From an uncultured bacterium (GTDB lineage Bacteria; Vulcanimicrobiota; Xenobia; Xenobiales; Xenobiaceae), in assembly GCA_958366945.1 (NCBI GenBank), contig CATXCY010000005.1, positions 19,708 to 83,707 on the forward strand: DNA of 64,000 nucleotides. Reading direction: 5' to 3'. The position numbers were made by a program, and so were the translations under genes. Below are positions 48,314-59,500 of the stretch, in pieces (position 1 is the stretch's first letter; each line of letters opens with the position of its first letter). The notes under the pieces were generated by a model that worked only from the letters and a program-made list of their open reading frames with translations, did not search any database and was not told the DNA's origin.

Positions 48314-49396
48314 GTGGATAGTAGCCCAGGCCCACCGAATTTGCGTAAGCAATTGAAGGTGGGCAATAGTCTACTAAATTTAGTCTTTTATAACAGGGGC
48401 TTGTCGGCTTTGTTTTTTTTGCACGTTAATTTAGATTTGGGCAGCGCTAATTTTCGCTTAAGTATTGACGGCAAAGTGATTGTCGACGAGCCTTCTTTAG
48501 TTGCTGTAGATTGCAACTCTGGCCACATTAAGGCTGTCGGTCGCGCGGCTTTTGATTTGGCGGACAAGCCCCTTTCGGCCTTATCTACCGTCTACCCCAT
48601 AAAACGTGGCCGTATACGCGATTTTTCTTTAGCTGAAGCTTTGTTACGCTTCCACTTGCGCAAACTTCCTAAAACGCGTCGTATAAAAGCTTTGGTTACC
48701 TTGCCTGCTTCAGCCAGCAGTGTAGACAAAATTTGCTGGCAGCAGCTTTTTGATTGTATAGGATCTGTCTCTTGCAAGTTTGTGCCTTCTACTTTGGCTG
48801 CTGCCTTGGGAGCAGGGGTAGATATGGATTTGCCGGGCGGCATTTTGCTTGTTGATATAGGTGACGGTAAAACTGATATTTCCGTACTCAGTGCCAACGA
48901 AATAATCGTTTCTGCTACAGCCAATGTGGGAAGTGGCGATTTCTCTTCGGAAATAGCTAGAGTTTTGCGCCGTCAATACAATATTTCTGTCTCCGAAAGT
49001 GTAGTGGAGACATTGAAAAAGAACCTTACTTCGGCTGTTCCCTTGGAAGTTCCCAAAGAAATGAAAGTCAACGGCTTCGATCTAGTGAGCGGTTTGCCTT
49101 GTGAGCGTTTAGTCTCTTCTTCTGTAATCAACTCTTGTTTGATTCGTCCTTTAAATGACATCGCCCGTGCCATTCAGGACGTCATGCTTGAGACTCCTTG
49201 CGAGCTTTCTGCCGATTTGGTTGACAGTGGCATTATATTAGTCGGCGGTGGAGCACTGACAGCTGGAATAGACAAATTTTTACAAGAATATTTTTCTATT
49301 CCTGTAAAGTTGGCCGATGATCCTCAGCATTGCTCTGTTTTGGGGTGTAGCGCGTTCGAATTGGCACAAGTAGAAAAAGTCAAAACCGGGGGGTAG
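48314..49396 (+). CDS. divergent MreB-like actin homologue; the true start is probably internal at a TTG near 48400
   Basis: Alignable to MreB throughout, but with altered phosphate motifs (DLGSANF for DLGTANT, DIGDGKTD for DIGGGTTE, GGGALT for GGGALL). There is no ATG between the ORF start and the first conserved motif. Confidence 0.7.
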   Translation: MDSSPGPPNLRKQLKVGNSLLNLVFYNRGLSALFFLHVNLDLGSANFRLSIDGKVIVDEPSLVAVDCNSGHIKAVGRAAFDLADKPLSALSTVYPIKRGRIRDFSLAEALLRFHLRKLPKTRRIKALVTLPASASSVDKICWQQLFDCIGSVSCKFVPSTLAAALGAGVDMDLPGGILLVDIGDGKTDISVLSANEIIVSATANVGSGDFSSEIARVLRRQYNISVSESVVETLKKNLTSAVPLEVPKEMKVNGFDLVSGLPCERLVSSSVINSCLIRPLNDIARAIQDVMLETPCELSADLVDSGIILVGGGALTAGIDKFLQEYFSIPVKLADDPQHCSVLGCSAFELAQVEKVKTGG

Positions 49397-49399
49397 ACC

Positions 49400-52300
49400 T
49401 TGATTAAGCTTTCTCTGACAAGCCGTGTCTTAAAAGTCGGAGGCATAGCGGTAGCTTCTGTAGCTGCCTTTTTGCTGTGCCTAGTTGGCTTGTTTTACTT
49501 GTGTCTTTCTCAGTCTGCCAATTCATTGACTCAGTATGGACTTAGTGTCCTTAATGATAATTTCACTGGACAAGTAGAGCTAGAAAGAGCTCAATTTAGC
49601 AGAAAGTCCCTTATTTTAGAGGGAGTTTCTTTAAAACTAGATGATGGAGAGCCTTTAGCCAATTTGGAAAAAGCCGAACTGGACTTCCATTGGCTTAGAG
49701 GCTTAATGCGTTTAGATTATATGGCCGTTTTGGGCGACTTGCGGTTGCATAATTTAGATCTAACTCCAGAAATAGATAAAGACGGTCGCTTTAATTTCGC
49801 TCAGTTAAAGTCGACGAAGCCTAAAAAAGATAAAAAGCGTTGGCCTTGGGAACAATATTTTAGTCGCTATGAAGGATCTGTTAGTTTAGATAATGGTTCG
49901 GCTTTTTTCCGCGATTGGAGTAGGGGAGACTTCTGCGCTCAGCTAGACAAATTAAATCTTCTGATTATTGCCCAACCGGATCATAAGGCCGAGTTTGAAA
50001 TTAGCCTCGTGCCTCTTCAAAAAGCCAATTCCTGGGCATCTGAAAATGGCAAAGTGGAGCTTAAAGGCAAAATCCGCTTGGATATGGCTCCCGATTTTGA
50101 TGCTACTCTCAATTTGGTCAATATAGATTTGGTGCGTTGGAGCGAATATTACCATTTACCTAAAGCTGTTCGTTTATTAGGAGCGCAACTTAATAGCAAT
50201 ATTTGGGCTAATTGTAAGGCTCATGCTTGGAGCCAAACTTTAGAAAAACTCAATTATGGTGGCCATGTAAAGCTGAGTCACGGCTCTATTATGGCTACAC
50301 ATTGTCAAGAGCCCATTGAAAATATTGTTTTGGAAGCTGATATTATTTCTGGTTTAGCTTCTATAAAAAGATTGAGCGCTCAATTTGCTGACGCTTTGCT
50401 TTCCGCTGGAGGAAAAGTCTATATTTGGAGTCCGTCTGGGAAGATAAAGGACTGGCAAGGACGAGTTAAGTTGGATGCAACTGTCCCTGAGTTGCAATTG
50501 CGCAAACTGAGCCGTGCTCTAGGAATAAAAGTTCCGATAAGTGGCAAGATTAGTACCGAATTAAATGTCGATGGAACTTTGCGCAATCCTGGTGCTAAAG
50601 GAAAAATCAAGTCGGCAAAGTTGACTTACGCCGATAAGGAAATAAGTCAGCTTAGCATAGATGTTAGTTGGAAGGACAAACTTCTCACTATTGAGAGTTT
50701 GAAAGCTCAGGCTGCTCAAGGCAATATTCAAGGCCACGGCTACGCTCTCTTTGAAGGATCAAAACCGCAATTGGTATTTAATCTTGATGGTCAAGATCTT
50801 TCTTTGCAAGGTATAAGTCCCGTAGGTGGTCACGTCGGGCAATTTAAAGTATCAATGGTAGGTACTGCTGATTCGCCTTTTGTTTATGGCGAAGGATCTG
50901 GAGTCGGTGGCTTTTCTGGTGCTGCTTCCATGTTAGGATCGGCTTCGGCTCAATTTATGGTATTGGGAGATACCGTAAGTCTCAATAATGTCAGAGCCTA
51001 TACAAATTTAGGCCAAGCTAGTGTGCCTTATGCTAGTTACAATTATAAGCACCCTTATTTATACGCTTCTGTACAAACTGATAATTTGTCTTTACCTTCT
51101 GTGAGCGTACCTTCTATAGGCTCAGTTAGCGGCACTGTTAGTGGCAGGGCTCAGGTTATGGGTGTACCTACCGACTTAAACAGTTTGAGTGTTTGTGCTT
51201 ACAGTCAGTCTACCAATTTAAGTTTAGGCAATTTACAAATTAACAATTTACATGGAGCTGTCGGCCTCGATCGTCAAAGTGTCTATCTTCCACAAATGAG
51301 TGGACAAGTGGCTGGAGGCAGTGTCTATGCCAGCGGTTGGATTGGCTTAAAAGGCGGTACTTCTAGCGTAAGTATACTAGCTCGAGATGTAAATATCGCT
51401 CCTTTTGCCGATATTGTTCAATATGATATCCCTTTGAAACTCAATGGAGTAGGGGATATGGGAGCTAGTTGGTTCGCTAATGGAAGCGACCACAATAATT
51501 GGATCAGTCTTTATGTTGAAGGTCAGACTGGCCACCAAGCTGTGTTGCAAGAGGCTGCGGCTCACACTATGACGGCGTCTGACGGCAGGGCTGCAGAAAA
51601 TGCTGCTGCCGAAAGTACTGCCGCTTATAACGAGCCCAACCGAGTTGGTTCGGAAATAAACCCGGAGCCTACGCCTGTACCCACGTTTGCCTCTGAAACC
51701 ACCAGCAAAGCGGACACTCTTATTGCTTCTTCAGCAGGCGTGGCTACAGAACAACTTGGCACTTTAAGTTTCTCTCTCGAGCGTAACGAAGTCGATTCTC
51801 AAGCAGCCATGCAAAAATTGGGCTTAGCTTACAATGTGGCTCCTGGCTTTAGCCATTTCGAAGAGCCCAATGGTTATGCTGCTGCTGTGCAAGGATTTGT
51901 CGGCAGACAAGGGCTCGGTTTTGTCGGTTGGGCCAAAGATTTAGCCTTGGATGGCCGCCGCCTCACTCAGGATCTGTCCTTAGAGGGGCGCTTGACCGGT
52001 CGTTTTGGAGCTTGGGGACAACCCAAAAATTTAGCTCTTAGTTATTTCACGGCTATAAGTGGTTCGCCGGTTAAACTTGTGGATCAACACACTTTATGGC
52101 TAGCTGGTCGTGGGGTTTTGAAAAATGGTTGCCTGAGCTTACAGGACAATATTTTAGCTTGGAATTATTGGCCTCGCTCTGGTTGGGAGGCTATCCCCCA
52201 CTTAGAAGGCAGCGCCTACGCTTTTTTAGGTCCGGACATGGCTCGTCCGCTGCAGCAAAATGGTTTACTCTATTCTTGGTTGCCTGAAATAGGTTTAGTC

Positions 52301-55300
52301 AAAGTAGAGGGCGATATTATGCTTGGTACTCCTCTGAGCTACCAACTGGCTGCCGAGGCTACAGGTATAGATATTGCTTGGCTACACGAACAAAATTGGC
52401 TGGCTCAGGCCGCAGACTTATTGGATAAGGCTAATATTACTGGCGGTCAAGCTAACCTTTATGCCAAGATTGGCTCCGAGCGCGGAACTCCAAAAATTTT
52501 ACCTGGCACTTGGGCTTATATTCCTTGGTTTACCGCTGGAAGTGCCAATAACAGTCGCATCTTCTCTGGAGCAGTTTCTTTATCTTCGGAAGTAGCTATC
52601 GACCCAACGGCAAATGGTAAAGCTACTATGGGGGAAATCAATTTTGAGCGCTTATTAGTCTCTTCTGCGCCCAGAGACAAACGTCTTTTTCAAGCCAAGG
52701 GACGTTTGGCCAACTACGATTCTGAGCCTATACCTTCAGGTTTATTACAAGCTAAAGGACGAATTGATGGCGGCCAAGCGGCTTTAAATATTAAAGCTAA
52801 AGACTGGAACAGTGATCATGTTATGGCTTTGCTGCCCGGCTTGGAAGAACACGGGCAAAAGTTCAGTGGTTGGCTTGGTACTGACGAGCTTGATATTTCC
52901 TTCGACTCTAAGCGTGGCCTTTTAGACACTTTATCAATGGAAGGTTCTATGTACTTCCATGATGGCCATTTACTTTTGGCCGATAGTTTAATTCCCATTG
53001 ACAGACTTTCTGCTCAGGTTAGTAGGGACAGTAACAAATTAGTTTTCTCTGACTTAAATTTGCTCTCTGGCAATTTCCTTTTTCAAGGTTCCGGTTGGCG
53101 TAGTTCTTCAGGTCGTTTAGAAACTAAGCTTTACGCCAAAGATATTGCTTTGGACTCTCTCTCTTATTTCGATCCTGCCCTTTCCGATTTGCATGGCAGC
53201 GTAGATTTAGCTTTATGTGTAGAGTCTGACGATCTGTCTTTTAGAGCTGTGCAAGCCGTTTTGGCTATGGAAGGCAAAGATGTCACTTGGGGTTCTGTTC
53301 CTGTGAGTCTTTATTTTCCCGATTTCAAAATGGGCACAGTTAAAAGGGCGGAAAATGGCGAACTGTATACTGCTAAAGGTTTTGGCATAGCAGCCAGCTA
53401 TAAAGATGGGCGCGTTTATGTCAATATCCCCTCGGAAGCTGTGAAGTTTAGCGCTTACAGATTCTTTGAAAAAGTTTTGCTTCCCAAAGAAGTTGCTGAT
53501 CGTTTGATGGAGCCGGGAGATGAAAATCAAAAAGGTTTCCGTCCTCACCCAGCTTTAGATAACCAGGGAGAGATTATTGGCGCCCGTTTAGATAAAGAGC
53601 CCGTATCATTTAGCGTATCTGGTGATTTCAATTTTTCTCCATCTTTTAATTCCGGAGGAGAAAATTGGTTTTTAGGCCCTGATGGCCCCGACTTTGGCAA
53701 TGGTGAGCAACCATTAGTTTTCAGTTTAAAAAATTTCCAAGGTAATATGGCCAGAGCGGCTTTAGGGCTGCCCATGAGTCAGCGACGTTTTAGCTTCAGT
53801 GGAGAGCTGGGATTAAAAGGGCAATGGTACAGAGGTCATCTGGCTGAAGCTCCAGCCGGTTCTTTGCGCTACAACTTTGACATTTCTCAATTAGCTTTCG
53901 GCAGTGTTACTATCGACAAAGCGGAAAATATTGAAAAAAGCGGCAAAACTGAGGAAGAAGCAGATAAAAAGCAGCCTCGTCGCATTTTGTGGCGCGGCCT
54001 TACTCTTAAGCAAAATTTAAAAGGTGCTTATAGCCGTGAAGAAAAGGCTGGTCGTTTTATTATCGAGCCTTTCGAATTTGTACCAGAAAAGCATAGCTTC
54101 GGCCCTGAAGGCAAAGATGATGAGTCACTTGCTTCTGGTAGTGTCAGTGGTAGTGCCAATTTAGCTCTCACCCGTTTGCCGTGGCGTTCTTCATCCATAG
54201 GAAACACTGCTAACGACAAAAATCAGGCAGATTCGAGCTCCAAAAATGCTTCTATAGACGCTAATGAACTCCATTTAAAAATAAGTCAGGTGCCTATTTC
54301 TGAGCTGGGATCTTTCCTCTTCCCCAGTTTGAATAGTGGCTTTGTGGAAGATTTTGTTCTGAATGCTTCTGGCCCTATTTATTCGCCCGTCTTTAATATG
54401 CTTTTCAATGTTACCAATGGCAAAGCGGGCAATTTGGACTTAGCCTCCATAACTGGTGCTGTCAGTGGTCGTCGCGATCCCCAAAGTAAACTTTATCAAG
54501 TTAAACTCGGCACTTCTGAAACTGCTTTTAGAAATGAGCGAATTAAAGATATCGTCAGTCAGGGATTACAAGAACTGGGCAACGTTGAAGATTATGCCGC
54601 TGGCATTAAAGTTTATTTCGGCAAAGAAAAGAAAAGTGATCGAGTTTTTAGTATTTCCGGTACTTTACCTTACGAAGTAACTAGGGTAAGGCCCAAAGAT
54701 GACGGTTCTTTAGTGCCTTTCTGGAGAGGCACTAGTGTCTCTTTAGACGGTGCTGTCGATATCAATGCCGAGCTTAAAGACAAAGACTTAGGTTTGCTTT
54801 CTAGTGTAGTTAGTGATGTTTCCGAAAGTGCTGGTAATATGTTAGGTACTTTACATATTGGTGGTACTTTGCTGCGTCCGGAAGCGATTGGCGAATTAAA
54901 AGTTATTGATGGACAAATTGAACATAAAAAAGTCGGCACGATTTCTGATTTAAATATTGAAGCCAACTTTAGTGAAATTCTCGATTCCGATTTGAAGAAT
55001 AAGTATATAGAGCAGAAAAAACGCAATTATATAGCTGAGCATGGTTTTGGAGCCGTTTTAGCTGAGCATCTTAGCCGAAAAGCTCAAGAAAATAGCTCCG
55101 CTCAAAATTCTGATTCAGAGTTAAAAAATGACGGCTCGAAAGAAAAGCAAGTCGCGGAAAAAGAGCAATTTGAGCCTTTAGACTTTAGTGATGCTCGCTT
55201 CAATCGTATCGAGTTGCGCAAATTTAGTGGTAAGCTCGGAGATAAAAACTTTGTTATGCAAGGGCGAGCCGATATGGACGGCTTCACTCCTATGGATGTG

Positions 55301-56407
55301 GATTTGTCTTTCACTGGTGAGCAACTTCCTTTGCGTTGGGGTAGCCTTTTTGAAGGCAGAGCCGATGTCGATTTGCACTTAAGTAAAGCTGATGTTAGTG
55401 GCAAGGACTTGGCTTCATGGAAGGAGAGTTTGCGCACTCGGGCGGCAGCTCGTCCTAGGCTTGGCATTTCTTCTTCAGCTTCAAAAGCTCAAGTTGTGCC
55501 TATTCCCAAGATGTACTATCTATCTGGCAAAATTTCTGTGCCTAGAGGCGATGTCAGCGTTGATGTCAGCACTTTAACTAGCAGTTCTGGAGCAAGCTTC
55601 GATTGGAGCAAACTTCCGCTCGATTACCGCATTGATGTCAATATCGGTGAAGATGTGTGGATGCACGCTTTGGGCTGTCGTATCAGAGCTGCCGGAGAAT
55701 TAGCTGTTGTGCCAGACAAAGACACTGGTAAGCCGGTTGTTGACGGAGAAGTTGATCTCTCTCGCGGGCTTCTGGCCATCCCTCTGTATGATTTAAAATT
55801 TAAAGTGCGCAGTGGTAAGGCTGTTTTCAATCATAGTCAAATACCCGAATTGCGAGAGGTAACAGCCGATGCTCAAGTTGACAATTACGAAATTACGGCT
55901 TTTGTAAGCGGCGCTTATCCCAATATCAAAGTCGATTTCGTTTCTAATCCACCTTTGGCTGAAAAAGAAATTCAAAACTTGTTGGCTTTAGGCGGTTTCG
56001 CTAAATATACTCCGTCCAATTCTGCTTCTCAGATGGTTCATGCTCCCGGAAATACTACCGGAAGTCAGGCTGTAAGCACCGACTTGAATTTGAGTACATC
56101 TGGTATTTCCATGCTTTCGAAGATCCTTTCTTCACCTCTTACTCAAGAAATCAGTCGTATGTTGTTCTTGTCTGACTTCTCCGTAGATATAACTTCCCCG
56201 CATGGATATTCTTTCAAAATAGCTAAATCGATTGATTCTAAAGATCGCTTCTTATTTACTTTGACGCGCAGTTTAAATACTCAAACTGGACAAGATGAAA
56301 GTGTTTATGGTATAGAGTGGCGCTTTAAGAATAATATGCTCTTCCGTCTCGGTTTCGACCAAGATGGATATGTCCGTCCTTGGTTCCAAGGTTTTTGGGA
56401 GTTCTAA
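49400..56407 (+). CDS. tamB: giant TamB/AsmA-like outer-membrane biogenesis protein (2335 aa)
   Basis: N-terminal signal-anchor helix, a very long beta-rich body and a C-terminal DUF490-like segment (GIEWRFKNNMLFRLGFDQDGYVRPWFQGFWEF). TTG start. Confidence 0.75.
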   Translation: MIKLSLTSRVLKVGGIAVASVAAFLLCLVGLFYLCLSQSANSLTQYGLSVLNDNFTGQVELERAQFSRKSLILEGVSLKLDDGEPLANLEKAELDFHWLRGLMRLDYMAVLGDLRLHNLDLTPEIDKDGRFNFAQLKSTKPKKDKKRWPWEQYFSRYEGSVSLDNGSAFFRDWSRGDFCAQLDKLNLLIIAQPDHKAEFEISLVPLQKANSWASENGKVELKGKIRLDMAPDFDATLNLVNIDLVRWSEYYHLPKAVRLLGAQLNSNIWANCKAHAWSQTLEKLNYGGHVKLSHGSIMATHCQEPIENIVLEADIISGLASIKRLSAQFADALLSAGGKVYIWSPSGKIKDWQGRVKLDATVPELQLRKLSRALGIKVPISGKISTELNVDGTLRNPGAKGKIKSAKLTYADKEISQLSIDVSWKDKLLTIESLKAQAAQGNIQGHGYALFEGSKPQLVFNLDGQDLSLQGISPVGGHVGQFKVSMVGTADSPFVYGEGSGVGGFSGAASMLGSASAQFMVLGDTVSLNNVRAYTNLGQASVPYASYNYKHPYLYASVQTDNLSLPSVSVPSIGSVSGTVSGRAQVMGVPTDLNSLSVCAYSQSTNLSLGNLQINNLHGAVGLDRQSVYLPQMSGQVAGGSVYASGWIGLKGGTSSVSILARDVNIAPFADIVQYDIPLKLNGVGDMGASWFANGSDHNNWISLYVEGQTGHQAVLQEAAAHTMTASDGRAAENAAAESTAAYNEPNRVGSEINPEPTPVPTFASETTSKADTLIASSAGVATEQLGTLSFSLERNEVDSQAAMQKLGLAYNVAPGFSHFEEPNGYAAAVQGFVGRQGLGFVGWAKDLALDGRRLTQDLSLEGRLTGRFGAWGQPKNLALSYFTAISGSPVKLVDQHTLWLAGRGVLKNGCLSLQDNILAWNYWPRSGWEAIPHLEGSAYAFLGPDMARPLQQNGLLYSWLPEIGLVKVEGDIMLGTPLSYQLAAEATGIDIAWLHEQNWLAQAADLLDKANITGGQANLYAKIGSERGTPKILPGTWAYIPWFTAGSANNSRIFSGAVSLSSEVAIDPTANGKATMGEINFERLLVSSAPRDKRLFQAKGRLANYDSEPIPSGLLQAKGRIDGGQAALNIKAKDWNSDHVMALLPGLEEHGQKFSGWLGTDELDISFDSKRGLLDTLSMEGSMYFHDGHLLLADSLIPIDRLSAQVSRDSNKLVFSDLNLLSGNFLFQGSGWRSSSGRLETKLYAKDIALDSLSYFDPALSDLHGSVDLALCVESDDLSFRAVQAVLAMEGKDVTWGSVPVSLYFPDFKMGTVKRAENGELYTAKGFGIAASYKDGRVYVNIPSEAVKFSAYRFFEKVLLPKEVADRLMEPGDENQKGFRPHPALDNQGEIIGARLDKEPVSFSVSGDFNFSPSFNSGGENWFLGPDGPDFGNGEQPLVFSLKNFQGNMARAALGLPMSQRRFSFSGELGLKGQWYRGHLAEAPAGSLRYNFDISQLAFGSVTIDKAENIEKSGKTEEEADKKQPRRILWRGLTLKQNLKGAYSREEKAGRFIIEPFEFVPEKHSFGPEGKDDESLASGSVSGSANLALTRLPWRSSSIGNTANDKNQADSSSKNASIDANELHLKISQVPISELGSFLFPSLNSGFVEDFVLNASGPIYSPVFNMLFNVTNGKAGNLDLASITGAVSGRRDPQSKLYQVKLGTSETAFRNERIKDIVSQGLQELGNVEDYAAGIKVYFGKEKKSDRVFSISGTLPYEVTRVRPKDDGSLVPFWRGTSVSLDGAVDINAELKDKDLGLLSSVVSDVSESAGNMLGTLHIGGTLLRPEAIGELKVIDGQIEHKKVGTISDLNIEANFSEILDSDLKNKYIEQKKRNYIAEHGFGAVLAEHLSRKAQENSSAQNSDSELKNDGSKEKQVAEKEQFEPLDFSDARFNRIELRKFSGKLGDKNFVMQGRADMDGFTPMDVDLSFTGEQLPLRWGSLFEGRADVDLHLSKADVSGKDLASWKESLRTRAAARPRLGISSSASKAQVVPIPKMYYLSGKISVPRGDVSVDVSTLTSSSGASFDWSKLPLDYRIDVNIGEDVWMHALGCRIRAAGELAVVPDKDTGKPVVDGEVDLSRGLLAIPLYDLKFKVRSGKAVFNHSQIPELREVTADAQVDNYEITAFVSGAYPNIKVDFVSNPPLAEKEIQNLLALGGFAKYTPSNSASQMVHAPGNTTGSQAVSTDLNLSTSGISMLSKILSSPLTQEISRMLFLSDFSVDITSPHGYSFKIAKSIDSKDRFLFTLTRSLNTQTGQDESVYGIEWRFKNNMLFRLGFDQDGYVRPWFQGFWEF

Positions 56408-56526
56408 GCTAAATATTTCCTTTTGGTTGTATTCTAAAATACAGAAAGAAAAGGCGCTTCTGCCTGAAATCGAGAACTTTACATTCAAAAGGTTATAAAT
56501 TTAGATGGCAAGGAAGGGTAACGGAC

Positions 56527-59500
56527 GTGGACTTTTTTAAGAATAAGGGCTGGTTGTATATGAACCGCTGTCGTGGTTCAGCTAGAAGAGGTGCAAATCT
56601 TACTAGTCCTTATTTATCATTGGTAAAAGTATTAAGTGACGCAGCTATAAAGACAGAAAAACAATCAGATTCTACGGAAAACAACAAAGAACAAGAAAAA
56701 CATAATCATAAAAAAAATGACAATATAAAAGAAAAAGCTCCCCATTTAAATAATGGCTCTAATTCGCCAGATAATTTTGAATTTGATCCTTCTGATGAAA
56801 GCATTTTAACGGGGTGGAAAGGGATTAAAAAACAACGCAGCATAGAGTTGCCCACAGTCTCTCCTTCTAGAGCAAAGGTAACTTCTGTAGCTGAGGGAGC
56901 TTTTGCCAATTCTACCGAATTAGCCAAAATTGTTGTACCTGAAGGCATTGTGGCTATAGGTAAAGGGGCTTTTCTCAATTGCAGCAGTTTGGGCAGTGTA
57001 ATTCTGCCCAGCACTTTAAAAACTATCGGTGACGAGGCTTTTAAAGGTTGTGTTTCTTTAAAAAATATAACTTTTGGCTCTTCTTTAGAGCAACTAGGCA
57101 AATCGGCTTTTAGCGAGTGTACTTTACTCAAGAAGGTTGCTTTCACTTCTGGCTCTGCTTTGACGGAAATTCCTCAGCGGTGCTTTTTTGAGTGCGAAAG
57201 TTTGCATGAAATAAAATGGCCAGAGTCTTTACAAGAAATCAAAGAAGAAGCCTTTCGGTCCTGTACGTATCTGGAATCTCTTAGTTTCCCTCCTTCTTTG
57301 GCCAAGATCGGCTATTCAGCTTTTCGCGGCTGTACGCGTTTAAAATCTTTACATGTTCCTGAAGATCTGAAAGTGGTGGCAGAATTTGCCTTTGCCGAAT
57401 GCTCTTCTCTAGAAACTGCCGAACTTCCGGAAGATATTGTCGTTTTGGAAGGCGGTATTTTTAATAATTGCTCTAAGTTGCGCTCTGTAAAGCTGAGCAA
57501 TAACTTGCAAAAAATTGGCGCTGGAACTTTCAGTGGATGTACCGCTTTAAAAGATTTAGCTTTTCCTGCTTCTCTTTCTTCTATAGGAGTGCGAGCTTTT
57601 TGTGATTGCGTAAGTTTGCAAAAACTCAATTTGAGCCGTTGCAAATTATCTGTTTTGGAGCAGGAAGTATTTAGCGGCTGTAGCGGATTGCATGAAATTT
57701 ATTTGCCTTTTTGCTTGCGAGAAATTTATAAAGCTTGTTTTAAGAGTTGCAGTGAGCTCTATTCTGTAGAAATTCCTGGGGAAGTTGTTTCTTTAGGCGA
57801 GCGCTGTTTTGAAAATTGCCGCAAACTTAATGAAATAGACCTCTCTTCTGTTCCTGTAGCTATTCCTGAAGGTTTTTGCTCAGATTGCTCTCAGCTTAGT
57901 GCCATTCGCTTCCATAGCGATACTCCGGAAATAGATACATGTGCTTTTGCTAATTGCCGTTCGTTGGTCGAGCTTGAGTTGCCGGAAAAGTTACGAGTCA
58001 TTCGCGATCGGGCTTTTTTAAATTGCTCCGGACTTTTGGAAGTAAATTGCGGCCAAGAATTGCGCCAACTTGGGTCTGAGGCTTTTAAAGGATGTAACGC
58101 TTTGCGTCGGGTTGATTTACCCGCTTCTTTAACTGTGTTTGGTAAAGAAGGAGTGATCTTTAGTAGCGAAGCCGATGAATTGGTCATTTATGGCACGCCA
58201 AGCAGTAGCGCCGAAGATTATGCTCGCTTGCATCGCATAAAGTTCTACGATCCTCTTCTCCACGAAATAAAAGAAGAGGGGAGTGAAGAAGATAATGAGC
58301 TTGATGGTGCGGACACTTCTGATGATACTTCCGACGAAGATCTTACTCCGGAAGAAGAAGAGACTGAAGTCGTCCTTCCGGGTAGCAATACTATACGCCG
58401 TCAAGTGTTTGGCTTGCGGGTAAATCCCTCTTCTTACAAGGCTATTACTTCAAAAGGTGACTGGATTGTCATTCGTCACAAGGCTTTTGAGAAAAAAGCC
58501 GACGCTCGTTCCAATGTTCCAATTGCTGTTCATTTGGAAGGCATAAATCATATAGGGAACAGAGCCTTTTGTAATCGTAATGTCGTTTTTCTCGATTGTT
58601 CCGACAACTTAGTATCTATAGGCAAAGCTGCTTTTTGGGGTTGCAATTTGTTGCAAAAAGTACGCTGGTCTAGCCGTTTGAGCTTTATTGATAAAAGCGC
58701 CTTTTGGGGATGTAATTCTTTGAAAAACTTAGACTTCCCCGATTCTTTGCAATTTATCGATAACTGGGCTTTCTTGGGTTGTTCTGGCATAGAAAGCATA
58801 CATTTGCCCTCTTATTTGGTCTCGTTGGGAGATTATGTTTTTGCTTATTGCTCCAGCTTAGTCAACATTATCATCCCTTCTGGCACACGTTCTCTGGGAG
58901 TGGGAGTATTTTTCGGTTGCACATCCCTGCGCCGTGTGGTCATACCTCCTTCAGTAAAGCAATTCGGCCCAGAAATGTGCAAATTTAGCCCTATTTTTGG
59001 CAATGGCTGTACTTTGGATAGCAGCTCTGAAACTGATGAAAAAGCCAAAGATACAGAGCAAATTATTATTGTTTGTCAAAAAGATTCGGCCGCTCATGAG
59101 TATGCTTTGCAATTTGGCATGAAGTATGAGCTAACTAATTTTGAAGACGGTTGTGTGGCCAATGAACTGATAACAAAGGGCGGAGATTATATGCTGTGTG
59201 GCTTGGGAGTTCACGACAGTATTTCTAAATGTACTCAAGCCTTTAGCGTTAAGTCTGGACATAGCATTGCCAAGCCTGTAGTGCGTCTACTTAAATCTGA
59301 AGCAGATAAGGTAATGGCTTCAGAACGTAGTGTTTTAAATCCGGATAATTGCTCCGGTTTGTCTCAGGCTGAAGTTTTTGCTCTTCTTCAAGGTGCTTAT
59401 GAACTGGCAGATTTGGCCGGTTACATAAAAGCTTGGCACAGAGTATCTGCTTCTAGTGCCAAGAGAATCTTGAATTCTTCGCGTCTGTTTTCTTCTATAG

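Noticed and set aside
49952-56488. Numerous short ORFs on both strands inside tamB and the LRR gene (e.g. 52096..52287, 54670..55026, 57312..57644, 60288..60713)
   Set aside because: All are embedded in long, clearly coding frames with strong protein-family features. They have no independent support.
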